Shown here one piece after another: positions 37,660 through 52,000 of a DNA stretch of 64,000 nucleotides. A program made the position numbers and the translations under genes. The DNA is taken from contig NIVC01001607.1 in assembly GCA_002269645.1 (NCBI GenBank), positions 1-64,000 on the forward strand, written 5' to 3'. The notes below the pieces were generated by a model. That model saw only the letters and a list, made by a program, of their open reading frames with translations. It had not been told where the DNA came from and searched no databases. How positions within the stretch are numbered: the first letter of the stretch is position 1; each line of letters starts with the position of its first letter. This stretch comes from Macrostomum lignano. Lineage: Eukaryota.

Positions 37660-38347
37660 AATTGTAAAGCAAATAAAAGCCAAGAAACTTCAACGAGAAG
37701 GCTGCACAAAACATTCCTCATGGTTCCGGGACCCGCCAGCTAGCTGGGGAGTGCGAAAATACGATTAGCCAGTGTCGGGGCATTTTGTCCCACTTCTATG
37801 ACAGTTTGGGAAGGGGAACCGTCTTCCCATACTTTGATTTGCTCGCCTCTCCCTCTCCCATTTCCAAATTCCAATTCATTGCTCCAGTGACTTCGTTCGT
37901 ACTGCGCCGAAGGTGAGATGCAGATTAAGGATCTCGGGGAATTTGGGAGGGAGGAGTAGAGGGAGAGGTCCGGCGCGCGGGATTTAATCCCATTTCGATT
38001 CCGCTCCAGCTCGGGTTTTGCGGATCTGAAAGCGAATCGACCTCTCCTGCTTCTCTCTTGCTGTTATCCCCCCACAACTACCCGTCCGGTGTTAGCGAGA
38101 AGTCCTTTGCTAAGGTTTTATTCATGGACTCTTAAACCATTTGGATTGAAAGAAAGCGAGACTAAAGTTTTTAGGTCAGAAATTGCAAAAATAGATAATG
38201 CAGCATCTCAAAGTTGTATTGGCTTTGTAATAAATTATCATAAATAATTAAGGACTAACTGGTTTGGGTGTGTCAGACGAGCTCGTTATGTTCAGGTTAG
38301 GGCGGCTGATTAGAGCTTCAGCAAAAGGTGCCTTTTCAGGGTATCAG

Positions 38348-38775
38348 ATAGGCGCCAATTCGGGTATCAAAAAGGCGCCAATTCGGGTGTCAGAGAGGCG
38401 CCAATTCGGGTGTCTGAAAGGCGCCAATTCGGGTGTCAGAGAGGCGCCAATTCGGGTGTCTGAAAGGCGCCAATTCGGGTGTCAGAGAGGCGCCAATTCG
38501 GGTGTCTGAAAGGCGCCAATTCGGGTGTCAGAGAGGCGCCAATTCGGGTGTCTGAAAGGCGCCAATTCGGGTGTCAGAGAGGCGCCAATTCGGGTGTCTG
38601 AAAGGCGCCAATTCGGGTGTCTGAAAGGCGCCAATTTGTGTGTCAGAGAGGCGCCAATTCGGGTGTCAGAGAGGCGCCAATTCGGGTGTCAGAGAGACGC
38701 CAATTGGTGTGCCAGAGAGGCGCCAATTTGGGTGTCAGAGAGGCGCTAGTTTAAGTGTCAGAGAGGTGCCAAGTC
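38348..38775. repeat. 23-bp minisatellite with alternating variants (GGCGCCAA core)
   Basis: GAAAGGCGCCAATTCGGGTGTCA alternates with GAGAGGCGCCAATTCGGGTGTCT. Confidence 0.95.
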
Positions 38776-40339
38776 CCCGAGTCTCAAATCTCACAATGAG
38801 ATGAGAGATGGGAGCAAGGAGTGTCAGACAGACGGGAATAGAATCGATGTTCTCAATCCTCCGTCTGCTGGGACGGATCGGTCGTCAAAACAGCCGCTGT
38901 ATGATACTCCACTAGCCCAAGGATTGGCATAACCAAATCAATGATGCAAGGAAGCTGTGTGCTCATAGTGTCTGCATGGCCCAGCCGTTCAAATAGGCTT
39001 CATCAAGCTTAATACACATGCTTCTACAACCGGTTTTAAGCTATAAATTTATATCCTATCTATCAATATATCAATCAATAAGTAAGGCACTTTTCTCCTT
39101 GGTCCGGCACAAGCTAACGGAGTGCAGATTTCCAGGAATTGGCTGTTCAGCTAAACTGATCAGTTTATGCGCAGTTCGTCTCTGGCAGCAGTGAAGAGCT
39201 CCAGTCTGCTGGGGGGCTGTCTAATTTAGTTAGAGCGGCTCAATCCTCCGGCGTGTATTTGCTCCTCAGCGGCTGATTAGGTTCCGGGGAAAAGACTTGT
39301 TTGCGATCCGAGAGGTCGAGCTTAAGACGCTTGGCTCATGCAGTTTGAGCAGCTCAGATGCACGGATGAGATTGAGTTTACTGGCTCACTTTTCCGATTG
39401 TAAATTTCCCAGAGCGAGAACCGCCGCCAGATAGGAGGGGATCCAATCCTCTGTGTTTTGCTTGACCCCATCGCATGCAGCTGCACTCCTTGCTAAAGCC
39501 AAGGCCGATGTAAACCCTGTGTGAGCGTGGGCATGAGTACACCCGCAGCCCTCCTTCGAATATTGATGATTATATAAGAAGTTACGATGAGGAGCCTGCC
39601 AGCTGAAGTGTCAGCTGAGGTGTCAAAGTTTTGGGTTTCGCCCTCCGCAAGACACACGATTTTCACCGAGGCATCGGAGAGGGGGACCTCTTTTCTCAGA
39701 AATCTTACAGCAGTTTCTGGCATGAAATCATTCTGTCTCATTTATTTTTTTTCAACTCCAATACCCGACTCAAACTCCAATATTCATCAAAATGGCGGCT
39801 GGACAGCTTAAGAGAGAGCTTATAAGAGAGAGAGAGAGGATGACGGAACGGGGGCTAAAGCTGTTTTCATTCGCCCCAGCTGTCCCACCCTCAGTTACGT
39901 CACGACGGCAGCGGATGGGGGTGTGGCAGTCGTTGACGCGACTGGACGGGTCCCTAACGGTTTTTCCCTTTCTCCTCTCCCAAGCATTCCCCCCGCTTCC
40001 TCCCACTCAATTCTGCCCCCCCCCCACAGCGGTGCTCTACTAATCGGTTGTGGCAATCAGTTCAATTGAAATTATAGGCCCCCTGAGGGCGAGAGTTCTC
40101 CTCAATCCTGGGCTCAGGGATGAGAGTGAGGGATTCGCTGCTTGGCTCTGAAGCAGCGGCTTCTCTGTGGGCTTGTCTGCTGCTATTCTGACGGGCAGCT
40201 CACTAATCCCGCGTCTCCGGCCGGTCCAGGGGATTCTAAGAAATCTCGGCTGTATTTGCGTTGTGCTTGGGGTTGGAGGATTATTTTGTGTAGATCTGTC
40301 TGTCTGCTTTCATGTCTTAGTGTTTGTCTATTTTAATGC

Positions 40340-40648
<309 letters not shown>

Positions 40649-41659
40649 CGTGAAAAGGCCCGACTGTCAAAGCAGACCGATGGACGCAGCCAGATAAAAT
40701 TATATTCAGTCTGAATCGAGAGTGACAGTGGAGTTCCAGTCGCGCAGGAAATGCGATTCCACTTTAAACTTTTTCTCCTATTCCGGCTTCACTTCTTCAT
40801 CTTCTTTTACTAGCCTAGTTATTTGCTTCCGCTGGGGGGCGGATTGCTGCTGCCAGCCGCCACTGACCCCCGGCGCTTTGGCCATCATCGGCTCCTGCCA
40901 GCTGGGAGTGGGGATGAAGGAGAGAGAGAGAGTGGGTGAGGCTGCGAAGGAAGTGTGAACCCGTGTTATGTCGCACGTCAGTCAGCCTCAGTCTGAAGTC
41001 ACGTGACTTGGCCGCTGCCCCCCTCCATCTGGCGGCAGATAGCCCAGGCCAGCTCCATCTTCAGCCCCAGCTGACAAAAGAACTGAACTGGCAATTTTGA
41101 GTTGAGAACTTGGGAGATAATGAGATAGAAGGGAACAAAGACTGCTGACTGCTCCAGCGTAGATTAATGCCGGTCATTGCTGGGAATTATTGCCCACTTC
41201 CTGAGCCTTAATAGGCAGGAGGGATAACTGATACGGCGCGATGGGGAGAATGAGTCAATCGGAGGGTGCAGGGCTGAATTGACAGTTCTATTGTCTTCTG
41301 TGACTTCGATCTGCTCATGGGGTACGATGGGATGTGATAGGATTGCGATTCACATTCTGTTCAGTGGGAAGTTTCTTTTTTTCGGCGCTAATGCAGTTCC
41401 TTCCGTGCAGGCATGAAGCTTTTAAAACCCCAATTGAAGCATCTGACACCTGGACATTGCAGGAAGTTAGTCAGCTAGGTAATTGTCTGCAAAATCTGTC
41501 TTGAGGAAAAAATTTTATTGTCCCATTTTCTCGTACTGAAGGCAGATTATATAAATGCTGTGCATATGCATCGAACCAAGCATTAGGACCACAAATTCAG
41601 GGGCTGTGTGCACCTTGGCGCACTTTAGGCGGCATTGTTACACAACCGCGAATACGCAA

Positions 41660-41875
41660 GTAGTCTTACAGGAGTGCACAGCGGCCCTAACTTATTTATC
41701 GTTAGGCATGTACACTTCACTGTGCCTTGGGGGGTTTGGCCGTTAATTGCACAAGCAGAGCCAAGCCGAGATTCCAATTCAACCACAAATTAATGTGACT
41801 GCACTTGGAATCGAGCCTGGGCCGCTCGTACACAAGAGCGCTGGGCTCTAGACCACTGGGCTACGCCCCCCCTCC
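41660..41875 (-). mobile_element. tRNA-headed SINE, copy 2
   Basis: The minus strand reads GGGGGGCGTAGCCCAGTGG (A box) ... GGCTCGATTCC (B box). It shares CAGCGGCCCTAACTT, AGCAGAGCCAAGCCGAGATTCCAATT and GACTGCACTT with copy 1. Confidence 0.7.
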
Positions 41876-42954
41876 CAGTGACACACCAACGCATACAGTT
41901 GAAACCAATAACTTGGCCACCATGACACAGCAATTGTCTACAGAAATTGAGATGCTAAACACAAAAAACCACGCATAACTTTTAAGATCGAGCTTCCAGA
42001 ATTAACAATAAAAGTGGCGTTTATGAAGTCTGCAAGTGCAGCGTACTGGGCCCCCAGAAACACGAACTGAAGTTCACACGACCTCTGCCTTGGCTGTCAA
42101 GCACTGACAGCGAAGCCTTCCAGATGGATTGCGCCTCACCCGGAAGCAGCAGTGAAGACGCTTCAAGTTCCAGCTGATAACAAGGAGGCTGGGTCGCCCC
42201 TGTCAAACTTTCCCTCTCTCCTAAACCTGAGAGATAATTGGCAAGGACTGGAGCCCCGGACCACAAGTGTTTGCAGCCTTAGGGGCGCCGTGTGCTGGCT
42301 ATGCGATGGACTAAGAAACCTGAGCCTGGTGTCAATCTGGGACTTAAGAGGGCAAACCGTTGCTTTCCACCCGAGGCCGTAGATACCTATCTTTGATTCA
42401 CCCAGCCATCTTGATGATGATGATGACGGGGGGGAAGCTTTGCTGTGCAGCTTTTGTTTATCGGTCAGTATCTGGGGGAAAGGGTCATCTCAGAGTTCGC
42501 AATCAAGGGTGAATCAGCTGTTGCAACAGAGCAAAAATAATCACTAGTACGAGCTCGTAGATAGTTCTACCTGGAAGGTTTTTACCTGTAAACCAGTCAA
42601 TTTGAGACTATCAAGAAATTGAAGAGGCAGGCTGAAAATCGAATTAAATTTCCATGTTCAAAAATTAGATGTACTTTAATCGATTATGCTCGGTTTTTCG
42701 AATGCGCCCCAGTAGTTAGGCGGAAATGACTGCCAGAGAGCGATGATGGGAGCGAGATAAACAGAATGCCGCACGTGAGGATTTTAGCCGGGTTGCTGGG
42801 CAGAAGAACATCGGCACTCCAATTCCGCCCAAGGCTCGCCGCAATCTGGCGTTGGAACTTGACTTCTTCTGAAACGGGGTGAAACAAGAATTAAATCCCG
42901 TTTTTTATGTTACCGAGGAAAGCTGGCATGAAATCCCCGAGTGGGGACTTCTAT

Positions 42955-43345
42955 AGGTACCTGGCCTAGAAGTATACGCGATTAAGGCTAAGGACCTCTG
43001 GATTACCTGGCCTGGAAGTAGACCCGATTGAGGCTAAGGACCTCTGGATTACCTGGCCTGGAAGTAGACCCAATTAAGGCTAAGGACCTCTGGATTACTT
43101 GGCCTGGAAGTAGACCCAATTAAGGCTAAGGACCTCTGGTTTACTTGGCCTGGAAGTAGACCCGATTGAGGCTAAGGACCTCTGGATTACTTGGCCTGGA
43201 AGTAGACCCAATTAAGGCTAAGGACCTCTGGTTTACTTGGCCTGGAAGTAGACCCGATTGAGGCTAAGGACCTCTGGTTTACTTGGCCTGGAAGTAGACC
43301 CAATTAAGGCTAAGGACCTCTGGTTTACCTGGCCTAGAAGTATAC
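42955..43345. repeat. 46-bp minisatellite
   Basis: Unit TACCTGGCCTGGAAGTAGACCCGATTGAGGCTAAGGACCTCTGGAT; period 46 (43021 to 43067). Confidence 0.92.
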
Positions 43346-44349
43346 CCATTAATGGAAAGGGACCTCTAGTTTTCCGGTCTCAAGAATTCGAAGGCTTCGA
43401 AAAATCGAGCAAATGCGAGTTGGAAATGCCGAGAGTCGATCGGCAGCAGTGCAGTCAGTTTTGTAGATTTTTAGCCTTCAAGGGATTCGGGGCGTACGAC
43501 AAAGAGGGGGGGGTTCCGAGCTCAGTGAGGCAGCGTTCCGTGACGGCTTGTCAGCTCGCGTCAACTTCCATACTCGTCATTTTTATCCGCCCCCACACCC
43601 AACCCCCACCCCACTCTCCGACTCCGATTTCACTTATTTTGTTCCAGCTTCCCGACGCCTCATATCTGCTGCTGCAATTGAGAACTAGGACGAGATATAT
43701 TATTTGCCGAGCTCCAAGTCTGGCTTCTTATCTCTCGTCTCGAAAGCTCATCTTTTCAAAGTTTCATTCTCTCCAGAGTCTGCGCCTCATCCGATAAGCT
43801 CTATAGACTTTGAATTGACTTTTATTTTATTGCGTAACAACAATACCAAAGTTGACAGCAGTAAATCTGTCTCCTTAGCAACAGTATTGACATTTGACGT
43901 CAGTTGAGTGTCAGATAAAACTTCTCCGATAGTTTTCTAGGCAAGATTTCTTAAGACCTTCGACCTGAGGGTGGCCAACTACTCTTCAAAATGGGAAGCT
44001 TATTGTACGGGAAAGTCCGCTTGGTTTCTGCGAGTCGAATGTGGAAATGAGAAATTTCTGCCAGATTGAATTCTTCAGATAGTCAGAGATTGCAAATAAA
44101 CAGTCGATGCGATTTCCAGCTAGTTCGGCTCTGCTTTCATTTCAACTCGGCCCGCAGTTTTCACCGGCTTCTCCACCCACCCCGGAGATTGTTGCCTGGT
44201 CTGTTCGAGCGCCCGGTTGGCGCTGCGCAAACAGAATAAAAACTTGTGCCGTGTGTTTGGCCTCGGGGGAGGCGCTGCTGAGGGCGCGGGAGGGGTTGTC
44301 GCGGAGTGGATCGAATAAAGGTGTTGGACCAGGTTCGGAAAAGGAGAAT

Positions 44350-44679
<330 letters not shown>

Positions 44680-45529
44680 TTAAGACAAAGCAAACCCTGG
44701 GATAGCTGATTGATGACATCTTGATATTTAGGTATTGGTGACCCACTTTGTGAAAGCAGTCCTTCGGACACCCCAGCACCCAGTCATTCCTAGCGCAGTC
44801 ACCTCAGTTAAGTGCAGTTTATTTATTTTTAACAGCTCGTGCCCAAGCACCCCCAGGAACTGTGCGTGACAAGACGGCTGGGCCAAAATGGCTTGACAGC
44901 ATATAATATATAATTTACACAATAGTCACACTATCGCACTGTTCACTCTTGTCAGTCGCTTTCACTCGCACCTGTCACCTGGATGCCTGATGACTCAATC
45001 GTATAGCAGCATAGCCCTTCCTCCCCATCCAGAAAACCTTGTTGCTCTTCTAGACTTTGCTGCATGGAGGCCCAGGCTCTGGACTGAGGAGGCGAGAGCC
45101 CTTCCTTCCCCTTGTATTAATCTCCTCTCGCTTTCAAAATCCCCCTGAATAAAAGAAAAATGGGATACGCCTTCCCTCCTTCCAAGCCCACTTGTCCCAA
45201 GGAAAGGAAAGTGTGACGCAATGGAAGCTATGGCTGGTCAAGTTCTCAAGTACCTCCCATCCTTAGCGCAGCCCTGAAGCCTATTTGGCACCATAAATAT
45301 ACCTAATAACCACACGATTTCTAAATTTCAATATGCTCTTCTCAAACTGCTTAGGCTATTTTCTCTTTTCTACTTTTGAGAATTTTTTCAAGAAAAATAT
45401 GAGACTGTGCGTAAGAGTTTGAGGATTTTGTATTAAAATTAGATTGCAAATACAGGGATTTCTGAATTTTAGGACTGTTTGTTTTTATCGATCAGTTAAA
45501 CAGCTTTTATATTGGACCCTCATAGCTCA

Positions 45530-46742
45530 CTCACAATGACCATCATAGCCCCCTCACAATGACCAGCATAGCCCCCTCACAATGACCAGCATAGCCCCCT
45601 CACAATGACCAGCATAGCCCCCTCACAATGACCAGCATAGCTCCCTCACAATGACCAGCATAGCCCCCTCACAATGACCAGCATAGCCCCCTCACAATGA
45701 CCAGCATAGCCCCCTCACAATGACCAGCATAGCCCCCTCACAATGACCAGCATAGCTCCCTCACAATGACCAGCATAGCCCCCTCACAATGACCAGCATA
45801 GCCCCCTCACAATGACCAGCATAGCCCCCTCACAATGACCATCAAAGCCCCCTCACAATGACCATCAAAGCCCCCTCACAATGACCAGCATAGCCCCCTC
45901 ACAATGACCAGCATAGCCCCCTCACAATGACCAGCATAGCCCCCTCACAATGACCAGCATAGCCCCCTCACAATGACCAGCATAGCCCCCTCACAATGAC
46001 CAGCATAGCCCCCTCACAATGACCAGAATAGCCCCCTCACAATGACCAGCATAGCCCCCTCACAATGACCAGCATAGCCCCCTCACAATGACCAGCATAG
46101 CCCCCTCACAATGACCAGCATAGCCCCCTCACAATGACCAGCATAGCCCCCTCACAATGACCAGCATAGCCCCCTCACAATGACCAGCATAGCTCCCTCA
46201 CAATGACCAGCATAGCCCCCTCACAATGACCAGCATAGCTCCCTCACAATGACCAGCATAGCCCCCTCACAATGACCAGCATAGCCCCCTCACAATGACC
46301 AGCATAGCCCCCTCACAATGACCAGCATAGCCCCCTCACAATGATCAGCATAGCCCCCTCACAATGACCAGCATAGCCCCCTCACAATGACCAGCATAGC
46401 CCCCTCACAATGACCAGCATAGCCCCCTCACAATGACCAGCATAGCCCCCTCACAATGACCAGCATAGCCCCCTCACAATGACCAGCATAGCCCCCTCAC
46501 AATGACCAGCATAGCCCCCTCACAATGACCAGCATAGCCCCCTCACAATGACCAGCATAGCCCCCTCACAATGATCAGCATAGCCCCCTCACAATGACCA
46601 GCATAGCCCCCTCACAATGACCAGCATAGCCCCCTCACAATGACCAGCATAGCCCCCTCACAATGACCATCATAGCCCCCTCACAATGACCAGCATAGCC
46701 CCCTCACAATGACCAGCATAGCCCCCTCACAATGACCAGCAC
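45530..46742. repeat. 23-bp minisatellite (~1.2 kb)
   Basis: Unit AATGACCAGCATAGCCCCCTCAC; period 23. Confidence 0.97.
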
Positions 46743-47174
46743 AGCAGGTCTCCAAGATCTGATTTCTCAGAAGCGGACTTGTGGGAGGCGAGAAAGCGGG
46801 ACAGAAAGACGAGCTGAGCTAATTTGAAATTTCAATAACTTCTTCTGGTTCTTGAAGAACACGGGACCAGCTGGTACCCCCCCCCCAACCACCCGGGGCC
46901 CTCTACCCAGATTCAGCAGCTGAGGCGCGGTAGAAGAGGGTCCTCGTAACTCCAAACTGCCTCTTTCCTCAGACAGGAAACTCTCTAGACTATTGAGATA
47001 CGTTGAAGCCATCTATGTGGAGACTGCTAATTGGTCGAATGGGCTTCGACTCTTAAAATAGTTGAGAGCCGCTCTTTGTTCTAGAAAAGAGAAAATTCTA
47101 ATCCAAAAGATTACGAATGTAAAAAGCTATTCGGAAGCCTTCAGTTCGGAGACTTAGCCAAATCCAGTCAAATG

Positions 47175-47765
47175 GAGGCAAATCTAGTCTAATGGCGCCA
47201 AATCTAGTCTAATGGCGCCAAATCTAGTCTAATGGCGCCAAATCTAGTCTAATGGCGTCAAAGCTTAATTAGTCCAATGGCGCCAAATCTAGTTTAACGG
47301 CGCCAAATCTAGTCTAATGGCGCTAAATCTAGTTTAATGACGCTAAATCTAGTCTAATGGCGCCAATTCTAGTCTAATGGCGCCAAATATAGTTTAATGG
47401 CGCCAAATCTAGTCTAATGACGCTAAATCTAATCTAATGTCACCAAATCTAGTCTAATGGCGCCATTTTAGTCTAATGGCGCCAAATCTAATCTAATGTC
47501 GCCAAATCTAGCCTAATGACACTAAATCTAGTCTAATGGCGCCAATTCTAGTCTAATGGCGCCAAATATAGTTTAATGGCGCCAAATCTAGTCCAAAGGC
47601 ACCAAATCTAGTCTAATGGCGCCATTTTAGTCTAATGACGCCAAATCTAATCTAATGGCGCCAAATATAGTTTAATGGCGCCAAATCTAATCTAATGACG
47701 CTAAATCTAGTATAATGACGCTAAATCTTGTCCACTGGCGCCAAAGCTAGTCCAATGGCACCAAG
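47175..47765. repeat. 20-bp minisatellite (ATGGCGCCAA core)
   Basis: Unit AATGGCGCCAAATCTAGTCT. Confidence 0.93.
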
Positions 47766-48314
47766 ATTAAGTCACCAGAAGTATTTAATTCCTTGGAAGC
47801 CACAAAGATCCGCACGAGGTCAGCCGTAAGTAATAAAGCCGAGAAACTCAACCTCAGAGGCCTCTCCAATAACAGTGCAGTCGCACTTGCCGAGCAACTG
47901 TGGCCAAGGAAGTCCTTCATGCGGGGCTTCCGAATGCTTCCAGTGGCAGCGCTGAGGGTGGTGTGAGAACTGAGGAAATTCTGTATTTGACTACGTGGCA
48001 AATGTCAATATTCAGGCGAGCCGCGCAGTGCAATTCCAAGGATTTTTGGGGTGGCTGCAGCATGGATTTGGCGGCTGCTGCTGCTTCTAAAAGAGGGAAA
48101 GAAAAAACTGGATGGGAAATGCATTGCCCGTGTAGTAGTGATGCTAAAAATGAAGGTGTACTCCTGTAGATGCCAGGTTATAAAATATTTACCGCGTCAG
48201 CTCCCAGAAGATTAAAATATCTTAACTGACAAGTTTTGATTTCAAACTGACTGACTGACGGGTCAGAAGAAGCTTCAATACTGTTTAAGAGTCAGAATTG
48301 TATTGTGTGTCAGG

Positions 48315-48985
48315 CGGGGATGTCAGACAACCTTGAGAGAGTCAGGAGGGGATGTCAGACATCCTTGAGAGAGTCAGGCAGGGATTTCAGACATCCTTGA
48401 GAGAGTCAGGCAGGGATTTCAGACATCCTTGAGAGAGTCAGACGGGGATGTCAGACAACCTTGAGAAAGTCAGACGGGGATGTCAGACAACCTTGAGAGA
48501 GTCAGGCGGGGATTTCAGACAACCTTGAGAGAGTCAGGCAGGGATTTCAGACAACCTTGAGAGAGTCAGGAAGGGATGTCAGACAGCCTTGAGAGAGTCA
48601 GGCAGGGATTTCAGACAACCTTGAGAGAGTCAGGCAGGGATTTCAGACAACCTTGAGAGAGACAGGCAGGGATGTCAGACAACCTTGAGAGAGTCAGACG
48701 GGGATGTCAGACAACCTTGAGAGAGTCAGGCGGGGATGTCAGACAACCTTGAGAGAGTCAGGCGGGGATGTCAGACAACCTTGAGAGAGTCAGGAAGGGA
48801 TGTCAGACAGCCTTGAGAGAGTCAGACAAGGATGTCAGACAACCTTGAGAGAGTCAGGCGGGGATGTCAGACAACCTTGAGAGAGTCAGGAAGGGATGTC
48901 AGACAGCCTTGAGAGAGTCAGGAAGGGATGTCAGACAGCCTTGAGAGAGTCAGACGGGGATGTCAGACAACCTTGAGAGAGTCAG
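48315..48985. repeat. 32-bp minisatellite just upstream of the protocadherin coding exon
   Basis: Unit GGATGTCAGACAACCTTGAGAGAGTCAGGCGG; period 32. Confidence 0.95.
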
Positions 48986-49026
48986 AGGCCAGCTGCACAC
49001 ACCTGCTTCTCCCTCCGCCACAGGTG

Positions 49027-52000
49027 ATGCAGCCGCTCTCCATCATGAAGCAGCTCTGCATCGCCATTTCAATCGCCGCCACCTTTTCGGCCGCGTCCGC
49101 CAAGACGGGCCGCGTGGAGCTGCGGCACAGCTTCGTCGAGGAGCTGCCCGTGGGCAGCCGCGTCGCCGACCTTCGCCGACTGCTCCGCGAGCAGGCCGGC
49201 CGTGCTGACGCCGACTCGCCCGAGCTCGAATTCACGACACTGTCAGACGCGGGCGGCCTCTTGAGCGTCGATCCGGCAAGCGGCGCCGTGGAGATTCGCT
49301 CCCGCATCGACCGGGAGTCCATCTGCTCGCTGGTGGACACCTGCTGTCCGAGCGCCAGCAGCCAGGACTGCCGCCTGTCGCCGACCGTCGGCCTGCTGGA
49401 CTCCCGGCTGCCAGCGGGAAACTTCCGCGACATCATCCAGCTGGAACTCGACGTTATCGACGTCAACGATAACGCTCCGCGTTGGACGATGGCGCGGCTG
49501 CAGCTGGAGATGGCGGAGCACACGCAGTCGGGCGAACGCATCAGCCTGCAGCTGGCCGAGGACCCGGACAGAGCGCCGGACAACACCACCAGCTCCTACA
49601 GCCTGTTGTCTGCCTCACAGCCTGGCGCCTTCCGAGTGGCCTACGAGCGACGGTCCGGCGGCCGAGACCCGACCGCCGCTGCGCCGCACGTCTGGCTGGA
49701 GGTGCTCGCCGACCTCGACAGGGAGACGCGGCCGAACCACGAGCTGGTGATCGCTGCCGTGGATGGCGCTGCGCGTCCTCTGACCGGCTCGGTCACCGTC
49801 AGCGTCCAGCTCATCGACATCAACGACAATGCGCCGGTATTCAAACGGCGCTACGACGAGGGACCCGACACGGTCGTGCCGGAGTCTCTGCCGCCGGGCA
49901 GCGAGCTGCTCCGCGTGGAGGCCACCGACCGGGACGAGTCCGACAGCCTGAGCTACCGCTTCAGCGTCTCCGCCAGCCAGGCCGTCCTCAATGACTTCAA
50001 AATCGACGCCAAAACCGGAGTAATCTCGGTGCAGCAGCTCGACTACGAGATCCGCCGCGAGTACAGCATCCCCGTCACTGTGTCTGACGGCAAGCACCCC
50101 GTCGAGACCACCGTTAAAGTCCGCGTCCAGAATGTCAACGACAACCCGCCGGTGATCTCGGTGAAGAGCGTCCAGCCCGACGCTGCGCCAACAGACGCGC
50201 TGCAGATTCTCGAGAACTCGCCGCCGGGCAGCCTCATTGCCACCGCGGACGTGAAAGACGCCGACGACAAAGGCATGGAGCAGCGGCTTGACTGCAGCGT
50301 GCAGCCGCCTGGCCAGTTCGACATCCGGCCGCTGTACGAGTCGGCCAAGCACCAGTTCAAAATTGTCAGCAGCGTCAGCTTCGACCGCGAGATCCGGGCG
50401 TCCTACGCAGCCGAGATCGTCTGCCGGGACGGCGGCAGCCCCAGCCAGGAGGGCCGGCACCGACTCCGAATCGGCGTCACTGACGTCAACGACAACCCTC
50501 CGACATTCGCAGCCACGTCGGTGCGCGCCAGCCTGGCCGAGAATTCCGGCGCCGGCGCCTTCGTGGCGCAGCTGCACGCCGACGATCCAGACGAGGGCGC
50601 CAACGGCAGGGTGCGCTACTCGATAGCGCCGACCTTCGCCGCCGACTTCAACGTCGACGCGTACAACGGCACCGTGACGGCGCGGCGGAGCTTCGATCGG
50701 GAGAAAATCGACGTTTTGAACGCCGTCGTGTTCGCCGAGGACTCGCCGAGGACAGGCGGCCGGGACGCGCTGACCGCCACCGCCAGTCTGGTGGTCGAAA
50801 TCGCCGACTTGAACGACTGTCGGCCGCAACTGGACCGCCGCCGCTACGACCTAGCGGTGGAGGAGGGAGCGGCAGCCGGCGCCCGGCTTGGCAGCGCCAC
50901 CGCCGTTGACTGCGACGTCGAGCCGCGGCACCGGAACGTCAGCTTCCGGCTGGAGCCCGACGACAGCAGCGGCGGCGGCTTAGTCGAGTTGTTCAGAGTG
51001 TCGCCCGACGGCGGCCTGTTCACCACGGGGGCCGGCGAGCTGGACCGCGAGCAGCGCGACTCGCACAGCTTCCTGCTGGTGGCCGATGACGGGGCTGGAC
51101 TGGCCGACACAGCGCAGGTGGGATTGGGGTGGGATTGGGGTGGGATTGGGTGGGATTGGGGTGGGATTGGGGTGGTATTGGGGTGCGGTTGGGTGGGATT
51201 GAGGTGGGATTGGGGTGGGATTGGGTGGGATTGGGGTGGGATTGGGTGGTATTGGGGTGGGATTGGGGTGGGATTGGGGTGGGATTGGGGTGGGATTGGG
51301 GTGGGATTGGGGTGGGATTGGGGTGGGATTGGGTGCGGTTGGGGTGGGATTGGGTGGGATTGGGGTCTGATTGGGGTGGGATTGGGGTGGTATTGGGGTG
51401 CGGTTGGGGGTGGGATTGAGGTGGGATTGGGGTGGGATTGGGGTGAGATTGGGGTGGTATTGGGGTGGGATTCCGGTGGGATTGAGGTTGAATTGGAGTG
51501 GTATAGGGGTGGGATTGGAGTGTGGGGTGGGATTGGAGTGTGGGGTGGGATTGGAGTGTGGGGTGGGATTGGAATGGGATTGAGTTGGGATTAGGGTGGG
51601 ATTGGAGTGAAGTTGTATAAACTGGCAGTTACACAGTGCCGATGGTCCCCACCGCCGCACTCAGGTGTCAGTTTCAGTGCTGGACCGCAACGACAACCGG
51701 CCCCGCTGGATGTTCCCTGGCGAGTCCGGCCGCACGTTGAACATCTCGCAGCACCGGCCAGTCGGCAGCCCCATCGCTCACTTACACGCCATCGACGCTG
51801 ACTATGGGGACAACGGCACGGTGGTGTACAGCCTGCTCGCCCCGCAACCCTACGACAACCTCTTCGTGGTCAGCAGCGACGGCGTGCTGTCTCTGGGCCG
51901 TCCTGTGGACCCCAAGCGCGACTTGTCAACGGTGCACCGTCTGGTGCTGAACGCCTCCGACCGCGGCCGGCCCCGCCCGCTGAACAGCATCGAGACGATG

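Noticed and set aside
40996-41009. Perfect palindrome AAGTCACGTGACTT (E-box/CLEAR-like)
   Set aside because: An isolated short motif with no nearby mapped gene start; not distinguishable from chance.
42021-42266. WSGAPVLANYL resembling the METTL21-type methyltransferase start
   Set aside because: No ELGAGTG SAM-binding motif follows and there is no exon context.
48928-49026. First 33 codons of the 888-aa ORF
   Set aside because: They derive from the 32-bp repeat and polypyrimidine tract upstream of the CAG acceptor at 49023. The signal peptide starts after it.
48960-50829. Antisense and alternate-frame ORFs over the cadherin exon
   Set aside because: These are shadow ORFs expected from very GC-rich coding sequence.
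51118-51594. GWDWGGI tail of the 888-aa ORF as real protein
   Set aside because: It begins at a GT donor, and the cadherin repeat resumes in phase at 51665, so it is intronic.
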